A DNA stretch of 64,000 nt, from the NCBI GenBank assembly GCA_022843175.1, contig JALHOE010000001.1, forward strand, positions 70,988 to 134,987, read 5' to 3'. Under the pieces are notes generated by a model. It saw nothing but the letters and a program-made list of their open reading frames with translations. It had not been told where the DNA came from and ran no database searches. Shown here in pieces: positions 52,842 to 61,520 of the stretch; the stretch's first letter is position 1; every line of letters begins with the position of its first letter. The translations under genes were made by a program, and so were the position numbers. The DNA is from Deltaproteobacteria bacterium (GTDB lineage: Bacteria > Myxococcota_A > Polyangia > Polyangiales > JADJMO01).

Positions 52842-54638
52842 TCAGCGCGCAGCAGTCGCTTCGGCGATCGCGAGCGCTGCGTCGATGACACCGAGATGCG
52901 TGAACGCTTGGGGGAAGTTCCCGAGGAGCTCGCCGGTCGCAGCGTCGATCTCCTCCGAGAGAAGACCAACGTCGTTGGCCGCAGAGAGCACTCGGTCGAG
53001 ATATCCGCGGGCGTCTTCGACGTCCGCCATGCGCGCGCGGACGTTCGCCATCCACAGGCTGCAGAGCGCGAACGTCGCTTCCGTTCCCGGCAGGGCGTCG
53101 ACGGTGCGGTACCTCAGCACCAATCCCGATCGGGTGAGGTCGTGCTCGATCCGAGCGATGGTCGATTGAACGCGCGGGTCGGTCACCGGCAATAGTCGCG
53201 TCAGCGGGATCCGAAGCGCGCTCGCATCAAGAGCGCTTCCGCCGAGGGTCTGCGTGAACGCACCGACCTCGCGAGAGTATCCCTTCTCGACGATGACGGC
53301 GCGGATCGTATCGGCCTCATGTTGCCATCGTGCGGTGTCGGCGCGTAGGCCGGTTGCGCGCGCGAGACGAACGCCACGATCGAGAGCGACCCAGCAAAGC
53401 AACTTCGAGTTCAGGTGATGTGCCGGAGGGCCGCGCATCTCCCACAAACCCGCGTCGGGTTTGCGCCAGTTGTCGGCGGCGTAGTCGACGAGGTGTCCGA
53501 GCGCGCGGAGCAGCTGCGGTCGATCCCACCCCATCGCGCAGTAGCATGTGTGCGCCGCGTGCAGAACCTCACCGACGATGTCGAGCTGAATCTGCTCGTG
53601 CGCGTCGTTGCCGATTCGAACCGGTCGCGAGTCGGCGAAGCCGCGCAGGTGCTCCAGCGTCGTCTCGCACGGCACCGCCGTGCCGTCGAGCGTGTACATG
53701 ATCCGGATCGGCGCGCCGCGCTCCCACTCGTGGCCGAGTCGCTCAATCCAGTTGAAGAAGCGAAGCGACTCGTCGTGGTAGCCGAGTCCCATCAGCGCGT
53801 AGACGGCGAGCGAGGCGTCACGGAGCCACGCATATCGGTAGTCCCAGTTGCGGACGCCGCCGAGATCCTCCGGCAGCGACGTCGTCGGCGCGGCAACCAA
53901 CGCGCCAGTCGGCGCGAATGTCAGCATCTTGAGCGTCAACGCGCTGCGCAGCACGGCCGCGCGGTAGGGGCCGTCGTAGCAGCATCGATTCGACCAGCTT
54001 CGCCAAGCGTCGATCGTTGCGTCGACAGGTTCGCCGTAGATGGCGCGTGCTGCGGCGATCGCTTCCTCCGGACGGTCCCCGAATCCGGCGACGAAACGCC
54101 GCTGGTCGCCGGCTCGAAGCTCGGCGGTGCCTCGCACGCCACTGTGCCCGACCGTCAGCGATAGGTCGGGAGCGAACAGGGCGAGCGCGGAATCCGACGT
54201 GTGCGCGACGACGCCGCGGTCAAATCGATCGAAGCGCGCGGCAGCCCGTGCGTAATCGAACGTCGGGTCGAAGACGACCTCCGCGCTGCATCGCCCCGAG
54301 ACGACATGAATGTCGCGCACGATCGCACGGGCAGCTGTGCTTTCGTCACTGCCGCGCCATGGCATCCAGTCGCGTAGCGTCGTGACGCCGCCGTCGGTCG
54401 AGAAGGTCGTCTCGAGCACGTTCGTTCCCGCGAGGTACTCCCGCGCGACGGCGCCGCCGTTCGCGGGTCGGACCGAGAAGGCTCCGCCCCTATCGTCGTC
54501 GAGCAGCCGCACGAACACCGCTGGGGCGTCGAACCGCGGCAGGCACCACCACTCGATGGAACCGTCCCGGGCGATCAGCGCGATCGTGTGGGTATCGCCG
54601 ACGACCGCGTAATCGCCGATGGAGCGCCGTGCCGACAT
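52842..54638 (-). CDS. glycoside hydrolase family 15, copy 2
   Basis: ATG 54638 (MSARRSIGDYAVVGDTHTIALIARDGSIEWWCLPRFDA); same motifs as copy 1. Confidence 0.85.
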   Translation of the reverse strand: MSARRSIGDYAVVGDTHTIALIARDGSIEWWCLPRFDAPAVFVRLLDDDRGGAFSVRPANGGAVAREYLAGTNVLETTFSTDGGVTTLRDWMPWRGSDESTAARAIVRDIHVVSGRCSAEVVFDPTFDYARAAARFDRFDRGVVAHTSDSALALFAPDLSLTVGHSGVRGTAELRAGDQRRFVAGFGDRPEEAIAAARAIYGEPVDATIDAWRSWSNRCCYDGPYRAAVLRSALTLKMLTFAPTGALVAAPTTSLPEDLGGVRNWDYRYAWLRDASLAVYALMGLGYHDESLRFFNWIERLGHEWERGAPIRIMYTLDGTAVPCETTLEHLRGFADSRPVRIGNDAHEQIQLDIVGEVLHAAHTCYCAMGWDRPQLLRALGHLVDYAADNWRKPDAGLWEMRGPPAHHLNSKLLCWVALDRGVRLARATGLRADTARWQHEADTIRAVIVEKGYSREVGAFTQTLGGSALDASALRIPLTRLLPVTDPRVQSTIARIEHDLTRSGLVLRYRTVDALPGTEATFALCSLWMANVRARMADVEDARGYLDRVLSAANDVGLLSEEIDAATGELLGNFPQAFTHLGVIDAALAIAEATAAR

Positions 54639-54699
54639 TTCAGTTCGTGCGGACGTTGCAAGTGCGGCGCCCACGTGGATCGCACGGTACGGCGATCGC

Positions 54700-56211
54700 A
54701 TGGAACGCCACGAGGCGCCCATGAACCACTCCGATTCTCAGCACGACGGCATGATGGGGCAGAACGCTGGCATGATGGGACGCGGTGCGACGCGGCCGAT
54801 GATGCCCGGCGACAGCGACGTGGATCGCGGCAAGATGCTCGAGAAGCATCACACCAAGACCCTCTGGGTCTGGTGGACCGTCATCCTCCTCGGCGTCTGG
54901 GTACTCGTGGCGCCGCTGACATTCGGATACGGCACGGGCGTCGTCGACGCGAGCGGCGGCCGTGAGCTCTGGCTGACCACGACGGCGCGCATCGCGGCCA
55001 TGAAGTGGAGCGACATCGTCACCGGCGCGCTCATCGCGTTCTTCGGCTGGCGATCGCTCACGCCGAACCGTCCCGTCAGCATGTGGATCTGTTGCTTCCT
55101 CGGATGCTGGCTCACGTTCGCGCCGGTCCTGTTCTGGGCGCCCACGGCCGCGGCGTACATGAACGACACCATCGTCGGGATGCTGGTCATTTCGCTCACG
55201 ATCCTCGTTCCCGGCATGCCGAACATGGTCGCGTTCATGAAGATGGGCGGCGACGTCCCGCGGGGTTGGTCGTACAACCCGTCGTCGTGGGCGCAGCGCT
55301 CGATCATGATCGCGCTCGCGTTCGTGGGCTTCGTGGTCTCGCGGTATCTCGCCGCCTACCAGCTCGGCTACATCGACCACGTGTGGGATCCGTTCTTCGG
55401 CGGCGGCAGCCGCCGCGTGCTCGACTCAGCGATGTCACACAGCCTGCCCGTGTCGGACGCGGCCCTCGGTGCGCTCGCCTATACGTTCGAGTTTCTCATG
55501 GGCTTCATGGGCGCGACGTCGCGGTGGCGAACGATGCCGTGGATGGTGACGTTCTTCGGGATCCTCGTCCTGCCGCTCGGGCTCGTGCACATCTTCCTCG
55601 TGATCTCGCAGCCGGTGATCGTTGGGTCGTGGTGCACGCTCTGTCTCGTCGCCGCGGCGATCATGCTTCCGATGTTGCCGCTCGAGGCCGACGAGGTCGT
55701 CGCGATGGGGCAGCACATGGTCGAGTCGAAGCGCAAGGGACACCGACTTTGGTCCGTGTTCTGGAAGGGCGGTCCGGCCGGTGACGCGTTGGACGACGAA
55801 CGTTCCCCGAAGCTCATGGCGCTGCCGAAGGAGCCGCGCGCGGTCGTCAACGCCGCGACGTGGGGGATGAGTGTGCCGTGGACGCTCGTCGCGGCGACGC
55901 TGCTCGGGGTGGCGCTCACGTTCACTCCGACGTTCTTCGGGCTCGCGAAGGCGGCGTCCGACGCGCCGCACCTGCTCGGCCTGCTCACCGTGACGTTCGC
56001 CGTCATTGCGATGGGTGAGCCGCTGCGCCCGCTGCGGTTTCTCAACGTCCTATTGGGACTCGCGGCCGCGGTCGCGCCCTGGGTCTTCGGACACGCGCCG
56101 CTGGGCGCGAAGGTCATGCAGGTCGCACTCGGCGTCGCGATCGTTGTGCTGTCGCTCCCGCGTGGACCGAAGAAGGAGCAGTACGGGCTCTGGGACCGCT
56201 TCGTCGTATGA
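54700..56211 (+). CDS. vitamin K epoxide reductase (VKOR)-family membrane protein with a Met/His-rich N-terminus
   Basis: MNHSDSQHDGMMGQNAGMMGRGATRPMMPG tail; multiple TM helices; VKOR-type GSWCTLCLVAAAIM motif. Confidence 0.7.
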   Translation: MERHEAPMNHSDSQHDGMMGQNAGMMGRGATRPMMPGDSDVDRGKMLEKHHTKTLWVWWTVILLGVWVLVAPLTFGYGTGVVDASGGRELWLTTTARIAAMKWSDIVTGALIAFFGWRSLTPNRPVSMWICCFLGCWLTFAPVLFWAPTAAAYMNDTIVGMLVISLTILVPGMPNMVAFMKMGGDVPRGWSYNPSSWAQRSIMIALAFVGFVVSRYLAAYQLGYIDHVWDPFFGGGSRRVLDSAMSHSLPVSDAALGALAYTFEFLMGFMGATSRWRTMPWMVTFFGILVLPLGLVHIFLVISQPVIVGSWCTLCLVAAAIMLPMLPLEADEVVAMGQHMVESKRKGHRLWSVFWKGGPAGDALDDERSPKLMALPKEPRAVVNAATWGMSVPWTLVAATLLGVALTFTPTFFGLAKAASDAPHLLGLLTVTFAVIAMGEPLRPLRFLNVLLGLAAAVAPWVFGHAPLGAKVMQVALGVAIVVLSLPRGPKKEQYGLWDRFVV

Positions 56212-56493
56212 ACTCCGGCAGTCCACACCTCCTCCACGTTCGTCGTCTGCTCGTCTTCGTGGTGACTACGCGAAGCGCGGACGCGGATGCCCTCCTCACG
56301 CACACTGTTCTCGACTGCACGAACAACGAGGGCCGTGGCCTTGGGATCGAGGGGCCCCGCGCGTCCCGGGTCGCCGAAGAGTGCGTGGCCGCTCTCGACG
56401 CAGTGCCCCATCAGCCCGCACTTCTTCGTGTGCTCTATGCTCATCGACCGGGTAGTGACGAACGCACATCAGATCGACGACGTGCGCCCGGTG

Positions 56494-56560
56494 GCGCTCG
56501 ATCAACAGCAGCCCTCGCCGCGAGCGCCGGAGACGACCGGCGCGATCGTCGCCCTGCCGG
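56494..56560 (+). mobile_element. solo fragment of the 3' end of the same IS family as 40790-41739
   Basis: gcgctcgatcaacagcagcc..ccgcgagcgccggagacgaccggcg.gatcgt..ccctgccg matches 41635-41700 almost base for base. Confidence 0.6.
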
Positions 56561-56579
56561 TCCTCGCGGGCCGCTGCTC

Positions 56580-56972
56580 GCCTGCACGCCGCGCGATCAT
56601 CGCGGGCAACACCGCGCGCGACAGCGCCATCGCCGCCAGGACGTGCAGTCGTACCATCGCGAGCTGCTTCTCGAGATCGGCCTCCGCGAACGGCGCGGAT
56701 GTGCCGAAGCCCGCCGCGTTGATCAACGTGCCGACGTCCTCGATCGCACGCACGTGAGCCGCAACATCTCGCCACTGCTCGGCGAGATCGGCGACGACGA
56801 TCTCCGGCGAGGCGCCCCGGCCACGCAGCTCGTTCGCAAGTGCCTCGAGCCGTTCGCGCCGGCGCGCGATGATGACCACGCGTCGACCGTCGTACGCGAG
56901 GGCTCGCGCGAATGCCCATCCGATTCCGCTCGACGCTCCCGTCACCACAGCTGTCCCTGAGGGCGCGCTCAC
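56580..56972 (-). pseudogene. 3'-truncated short-chain dehydrogenase translationally coupled to cusA
   Basis: GTG 56972 overlaps the cusA stop (GTGA). It encodes MSAPSGTAVVTGASSGIGWAFARAL...LPAMIARRAG, then runs into antisense IS-fragment sequence; the catalytic S/YxxxK half is missing. Confidence 0.55.
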
Positions 56973-59900
56973 GCCCGCTCCGTCGCCTGCGGGCGAAGCT
57001 GTTGCGTGCGCCACACTACCCACGCAGCTGGGATCACGAGCAGCGTGAGGATCGTGAGCGACACGAGGCCACCCCACATCGGCGCGGCGATGCGCTTGGC
57101 GACGTCGGCTCCGACGCCGGTGTCGAGCAGGACCGGGAGCAAGCCGAAGATGTTCGTCATCACCGTCATGAGAAGCGGGCGCACGCGCTTGCTGCCGGCG
57201 TCGATGGCGGCGTCGACGAGGTCGCTCGTGCTCGTGAAACCAGCGGAACCACCGCGGGCCTCCCACGCTTCGTCGAGATATACGACCATCACGCTCGCAG
57301 TCTCGGCGGCGACACCGAGCAGCGCGATCATGCCGACCCACACGGCGATAGAGGTGTTGAACTTCGCGAACCACAACGTCCACACGGCGCCGACGGCAGC
57401 GAACGGCACGGCGGTCATGACCAGGAGCGTCTGCGTCACGCCGCGGAAGTTCATGTAGAGAATCAAGAACACGATGCCGAGGGTCAAGGGGATGACGTAA
57501 GCCATTCGCTCGCGGACGCGCTCGAGGAGCTCGTATTGGCCCGTCCATTTGATCATGTATCCGGGAGGCAGCTTCACCTCGCGCGCGACGACCTCCTTCG
57601 CATCGGCCACGTAACCGCCGACATCGCGCCCGTCGAGATCGACGTAGATCCAGCCGGTGAGTTGGCCAACCTCGCTCTTGATCATCGGCGGTCCCATGAC
57701 GGTCTCGACTCTGGCGAGCTGACCGAGTGGGACGAATGCTGCTGGCCTCGCCGGTGTTGCGGACGCACCGTTGGCCATTCCGCTGCCCATGCCGTCGTCG
57801 CCGGCCGGCGCAGCCGCTGTCATCGCGTCACCCGAAGCCATCTCGTCACCGCCGGTGCTGCCGCCGCGCACGGCGCTCGCGTTCCACACCGCGTTGACGG
57901 GACGCTTTCCGGGCGTGGCCCGCACCGGAACGAGGACCTCGCGGAGTGAAGCAAGATCTTGCCGGAGGTCGCGCGGGTATCGAACGTTGATCCGATATCG
58001 TTCGCGACCCTCGATGGTCGTGCTCACGTCCATGCCGCCGATCGCGCTCTCGACGACGTCGAGGACATCGCGAACGGTCACGCCGTACCGGGCGATCGCC
58101 TCGCGATCGGGTGTGATGTCGAGGAAGTAGCCGCCGAGCTCTCGCTCCGCGTAGACGCTGCGGGTGCCGCGGACCTTGCGCAGCGCCATCTCGATCTGAT
58201 CGTTAACGGCGACGATCCCTTCGAGCCCGGGGCCGAACACCTTGACGCCTATCGGCGTACGAATGCCGGTCGAGAGCATGTCGATGCGTGCCTTGATCGG
58301 CATCGTCCACGCACCCTGGATACCCGGAAGCGACGCCTTCGCCTCGAGCTCCGCGATGACCTTCTCCATGGTCATGCCGCTGCGCCATTGCTCGCGCGGC
58401 TTGAGTCGGATGACTGTCTCGAACATCGAGAGCGGCGCGGGGTCGAGTGCAGTCTCGGCTCGGCCCGTCTTGCCGAAGACCTGCTCCACCTCGGGAACGC
58501 TCTTGATCTGGGCATCCTGCCAGCGGAGCAATCGGCGCGCCTCCTCGATCGGAATCGAGGGCACGGAGATCGGCATGTACAGCAAGTCTCCCTCGTACAG
58601 CGGCGGCATGAACTCCGAGCCGAGGCGGACGAACGGCCACGCGGTGCCGACACTCAATCCGATCGCAGCGAGTAGAACGACCCAGCGGCCGCGGAGGCAG
58701 GCACGGAGCAGGGGACGGTACGCGTTGACGCAGAATCGGTTGATCGGGTTCTGCGCTTCTGGCCGGATCTTCCCACGGAGAAACCACACCATGAGCGCCG
58801 GCACGAGGGTGACGGCGAGAACCGACGAGAAGGCCATGGACGCCGTCTTCGCCAGCGCGAGTGGGCGGAACAGTCGGCCCTCCTCGCCCTCGAGCACGAA
58901 CACGGGCAGGAACGCGATCGTGAGGACGAGCAGCGCCCCGAACATCGACGGACCGAGGTCGCGCGCCGCGCCGATCACGAGCTCTTTCCGGTCGACGTTC
59001 GAGCCCTCCCGCTCGGCCTCCTCGATCTTCTTGTGTGCGTTCTCCACGAGGACGACGGCGGAATCGACCATGTCGCCGAGCGCGAGGATCACGCCCGCAA
59101 GCGACATGATGTTGATCGTCATCTTCAGCGCCCAGAACGCGATGAACGATCCGATGGTCGCGACGATGAGCGTGATGACGCTCACGAGCGACGAGCGGAA
59201 GTGGAAAAGGAAGACGGCGATCACGATCAGGACCACGCCGATGATCTGCGCGACGTTGACACCGAGCGTGCGGACCGATTCGTTGATCAGCTGGCTGCGA
59301 TCGTAGACCGGCACGACCTTCACGCCCGGCGGTAGCGAGCCCTGGACCTCGGCGAGCTTGGCCTTGACGCGCTTGATCACATCGAGCGCGTTCTCTCCGT
59401 ACCGCATCACGACGATGCCGCCGACCACCTCGCCGCGGCCGTCGAGATCGACGAGCCCACGACGGATATTTCCGCCGATCACTACGGTGGCGACATCTTG
59501 GATCCGGATCGGCGTGCCGTCCGCCCTGGTCGCGATGACCGCAAGCTCGATGGCGCGCTTGTCCTGCACGTAGCCGCGTCCGCGGACGGCATGTTCGTGC
59601 TGCGCGATCTCGACCACGCGGCCCCCGACCTCGTCGTTCGAGCCGCGAATCGCGCCGGCAACCTGCGCGACGGTGATCCCGAACGCCTTCATGCGCACGG
59701 GGTCCATCTCGACCTGGTATTCCTTCTCGAAGCCGCCGACGCTCGCGACCTCGGCCACTCCCTCGACGCTCTGTAGCCAGTAACGCAGGTACCAGTCCTG
59801 GAACGATCGCAGCTGCTGCAGATCGTTCTTCCCGCTCTCGTCGACGAGCGCGTACTGGAACACCCACCCGACGCTCGTCGCGTCCGGACCGAGCTGGGGG

Positions 59901-60301
59901 GTCACGCCGGGGGGCAGCTTCTCCCGGACCTTCGAGAGGTACTCGAGCACGCGCGAGCGCGCCCAATACACGTCGGTGCCGTCCTTGAAGATGACGTAGA
60001 CGAACGACATCCCGAACATCGTGAATCCACGGACGGTCTTCACGTTCGGCGCGCCGAGGAATGTCGTCACGATCGGATAAGTGACCTGATCCTCGATGAC
60101 GGTCGGGTTGCGGCCCATCCACTCGGTCGCGACGATGACCTGTGTGTCCGAGAGATCGGGCAGCGCATCGAGCGGCGTGTTTCGCGCGGACCATACGCCG
60201 AACACGGTGATGGCGAGTGCGGCGAGCACGACGAGAAACCGCTGTCGTCCCGAGAAGTCGATGATGCGAGCGATGACGCCGAGGCGCGGCTCAGTGGCCA
60301 C
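56969..60301 (-). CDS. cusA: HME-RND efflux pump, CusA-type (Cu/Ag)
   Basis: 1110 aa; LALGDMVDSAVVLVENAHKK signature (compare CusA AIGAMVDAAIVMIENAHK); about 55-aa Met/Asp/Gly-rich insertion. Confidence 0.9.
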   Translation of the reverse strand: MATEPRLGVIARIIDFSGRQRFLVVLAALAITVFGVWSARNTPLDALPDLSDTQVIVATEWMGRNPTVIEDQVTYPIVTTFLGAPNVKTVRGFTMFGMSFVYVIFKDGTDVYWARSRVLEYLSKVREKLPPGVTPQLGPDATSVGWVFQYALVDESGKNDLQQLRSFQDWYLRYWLQSVEGVAEVASVGGFEKEYQVEMDPVRMKAFGITVAQVAGAIRGSNDEVGGRVVEIAQHEHAVRGRGYVQDKRAIELAVIATRADGTPIRIQDVATVVIGGNIRRGLVDLDGRGEVVGGIVVMRYGENALDVIKRVKAKLAEVQGSLPPGVKVVPVYDRSQLINESVRTLGVNVAQIIGVVLIVIAVFLFHFRSSLVSVITLIVATIGSFIAFWALKMTINIMSLAGVILALGDMVDSAVVLVENAHKKIEEAEREGSNVDRKELVIGAARDLGPSMFGALLVLTIAFLPVFVLEGEEGRLFRPLALAKTASMAFSSVLAVTLVPALMVWFLRGKIRPEAQNPINRFCVNAYRPLLRACLRGRWVVLLAAIGLSVGTAWPFVRLGSEFMPPLYEGDLLYMPISVPSIPIEEARRLLRWQDAQIKSVPEVEQVFGKTGRAETALDPAPLSMFETVIRLKPREQWRSGMTMEKVIAELEAKASLPGIQGAWTMPIKARIDMLSTGIRTPIGVKVFGPGLEGIVAVNDQIEMALRKVRGTRSVYAERELGGYFLDITPDREAIARYGVTVRDVLDVVESAIGGMDVSTTIEGRERYRINVRYPRDLRQDLASLREVLVPVRATPGKRPVNAVWNASAVRGGSTGGDEMASGDAMTAAAPAGDDGMGSGMANGASATPARPAAFVPLGQLARVETVMGPPMIKSEVGQLTGWIYVDLDGRDVGGYVADAKEVVAREVKLPPGYMIKWTGQYELLERVRERMAYVIPLTLGIVFLILYMNFRGVTQTLLVMTAVPFAAVGAVWTLWFAKFNTSIAVWVGMIALLGVAAETASVMVVYLDEAWEARGGSAGFTSTSDLVDAAIDAGSKRVRPLLMTVMTNIFGLLPVLLDTGVGADVAKRIAAPMWGGLVSLTILTLLVIPAAWVVWRTQQLRPQATERA

Positions 60302-61520
60302 TGTGACCTCCGGGGCCGCCAGATGTCGCCCGAAGGCGACTCTCCGAGTCGATCAGGAACTGCGCGCTCGTCGCGACGACATCGCCGGCGGCGAGGCCAC
60401 TCGTCACGCGAAAGTGCCCGGCGACCTGCGGGCCGAGCACCACTTCGCGCGGCACGATGTGCGCGCCACCGTCTGCCGCCGAGTGCACCACGAACACGAT
60501 CTTCCGCGTGCCGGCGTGAACGACCGAGGTTTCGGGGACGGCGAGTCCGCGACCCAGCGGCAGATCGAGCTCCGCGGTCGCGAACGCGCCCGGTTTCAGC
60601 TTGCCGGTCGTATTCGGCACGTCGAGGCGAACCTTCAGCGTGCGCGTCGCCTCGTTGATCACCGGTGAGATGAACGTGACTTTGGCGGCGAGCGGATCGG
60701 CGATCCCTTCGACGGTGAGTCGTGCCGACTGGCCGAGGGCCACATGGGGAACGTCGGCCTCGTAGACATCGATGAGGGTCCACAGATTCGACAGGTCGGA
60801 GATCGTGAACAGCTCCGCCCCTGGCTCCACGTAGTTGCCGAACACTGCCTGCTTCGCCACGAGGACGCCGGCACGCGGCGAGGCGATGGCGTAGGTGCGC
60901 TGCGGCTCGAGCGTCTTCTCGAGCCGATCGATCTGGGCGCGCGGCACGTCCCAGAGAAGCAGCCGGCGGCGCGACGCTTCGAGGATCTTCTCGCGCGACT
61001 TGCTCTCGGCGTCGTCGGCGATGGGGTCGCCGAGTGACAGCCGTGGTTGCTTGAGGAATGCCAAGTACTCGAGCTGCGCCGCGTACACGGTTTGGCTATA
61101 AATCGCGGCGAGCACCTCGCCCTTCGTCACGGTCTTCCCGACGAAGTCGGCGGGAAGCGCCTCGATGAAACCCTTCACCTTCGCGTGCACGTGTGCGGTT
61201 CGCCTCTCGTCGAGTGCGACGATGCCGACCGTGCGGAGGTTCCTCGTGAAGTCCCTCTCCTCGACCTTGGCGGTGGCGAGCCCGAGTGGTCCGACGCGCG
61301 AGGGATCGATCGTAATCGGCACGTACCCGCTCGGCGCGCCGGCCGGCGCGTGATCGGCGTGGCTGCCGCCGTCGAGTGAGGGCGCCGGGGACGGCGCCAC
61401 GCTCGCTACCGGAGCATGTGCGGCGTGGCCAGCGTGATCGGTGCCCTGTGCACACTGCCCGCCGAGGCCCAGCGCCGCGAACAGCGTCGCACCGAGCGCG
61501 CCGAGGGCCCGCCTCGTCAT
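60291..61520 (-). CDS. cusB: RND membrane fusion protein (CusB-like) with His-rich termini
   Basis: ATG 61520 overlaps the cusC stop; HAGHAAHAP...SHADHAP N-terminus and GGHSGH C-terminus; the 873-aa track ORF is an out-of-frame extension over cusC. Confidence 0.85.
   Translation of the reverse strand: MTRRALGALGATLFAALGLGGQCAQGTDHAGHAAHAPVASVAPSPAPSLDGGSHADHAPAGAPSGYVPITIDPSRVGPLGLATAKVEERDFTRNLRTVGIVALDERRTAHVHAKVKGFIEALPADFVGKTVTKGEVLAAIYSQTVYAAQLEYLAFLKQPRLSLGDPIADDAESKSREKILEASRRRLLLWDVPRAQIDRLEKTLEPQRTYAIASPRAGVLVAKQAVFGNYVEPGAELFTISDLSNLWTLIDVYEADVPHVALGQSARLTVEGIADPLAAKVTFISPVINEATRTLKVRLDVPNTTGKLKPGAFATAELDLPLGRGLAVPETSVVHAGTRKIVFVVHSAADGGAHIVPREVVLGPQVAGHFRVTSGLAAGDVVATSAQFLIDSESRLRATSGGPGGHSGH

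Noticed and set aside
56215-56444. Possible short minus-strand gene (MSIEHTKKCGLMGHCVESGHALFGDPGRAGPLDPKATALVVRAVENSV...).
   Set aside because: The N-terminal 75 aa look protein-like, but the ORF has no stop before running antisense through the VKOR gene, and I recognise no family. It may be a truncated relic next to the IS fragment.
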